A stretch of 63,379 nucleotides of DNA, filler included, from Octopus bimaculoides (lineage: Eukaryota), in the NCBI RefSeq assembly GCF_001194135.2. It is 4 parts of 4 records of this genome, joined end to end, with 100 filler letters (N's around TTAATTAATTAA, not from the genome) between each part and the next. Parts side by side here need not be neighbours in the genome. Positions count along the whole stretch, not along the records: positions 61,007 to 63,379 come from NC_068985.1; 3 more parts are not named here. The stretch is one strand, 5' to 3'. Positions 63,001 through 63,379 of the stretch are shown one piece after another. Position numbers and translations under genes: made by a program. Every line of letters begins with the position of its first letter. Positions within the stretch are counted from its first letter, which is position 1. Under the pieces are notes generated by a model, which saw only the letters and a program-made list of their open reading frames with translations, did no database searches and was not told the DNA's origin.

Positions 63001-63341
63001 ATAGAACTTATTTCTCTGCTAGAAACTAGTTCCCTTCTTCTAGGAAGGGTTTTAATAAACAAAGTGCAAGTATACATACATTCATAAGAAGCAGGACAGT
63101 AAACACGTGCAAGACTTTTCTCAAGTTCAAAATGTAATACTTTTGTTATCGACATTCCAAAGATGGAGCTTTGTATCTTTGCTAGAAACCAACTCTTTCC
63201 TTACAGGAAGGCTTCAAATAATAATAAAAAAAGTGTGTGTGTGTGTGTATTTATATATATATACACACACACACATATATACTGTAGCTATGTACGCGTG
63301 TGTACACACGCACATACGCATACATAGCTCTAGTGTATATG

Positions 63342-63379
<38 letters not shown>

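Noticed and set aside
1-63379. A novel multi-gene system (defence island, operon, CRISPR or viral insertion)
   Set aside because: This is spliced eukaryotic DNA. Every recognisable long ORF maps to a known TE class or to OPLAH/SHOC2 exons, and nothing supports a coordinated new system.

Overview
This is AT-rich, repeat-dense animal genomic DNA. The repeat families, including RTE LINEs with (GAT)n tails and tRNA-derived SINEs, resemble those of Octopus (inferred, not searched). The window is four blocks joined by three artificial 100-bp spacers (N44-TTAATTAATTAA-N44 at 23266-23365, 48666-48765 and 60907-61006). Two host genes are recognisable, both on the minus strand and both partial. 5-oxoprolinase (OPLAH) has five internal exons between 22546 and 8613, with GT-AG sites and continuous phase. 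SHOC2/Sur-8 has its last two coding exons at 38462-38293 and 38167-38129. Most of the rest is decayed transposons: RTE, R4/Dong-like and other restriction-like-endonuclease (REL) LINEs, CR1-like, Penelope-like, Ty3/gypsy gag-pro, mariner, an IR-DR Tc1-like element, SINEs, plus mini- and microsatellites. I found no support for a novel multi-gene system. The best second-look items are: a PHD finger inside the ORF2 of one RTE family; an in-frame 99-bp duplication in a Penelope GIY-YIG domain with mostly synonymous differences; a templated direct-plus-inverted micro-insertion; a 62-bp VNTR growing in an RTE 3' UTR; and intronic inverted repeats that could be ADAR substrates. Exon coordinates are exact; many TE boundaries are approximate.
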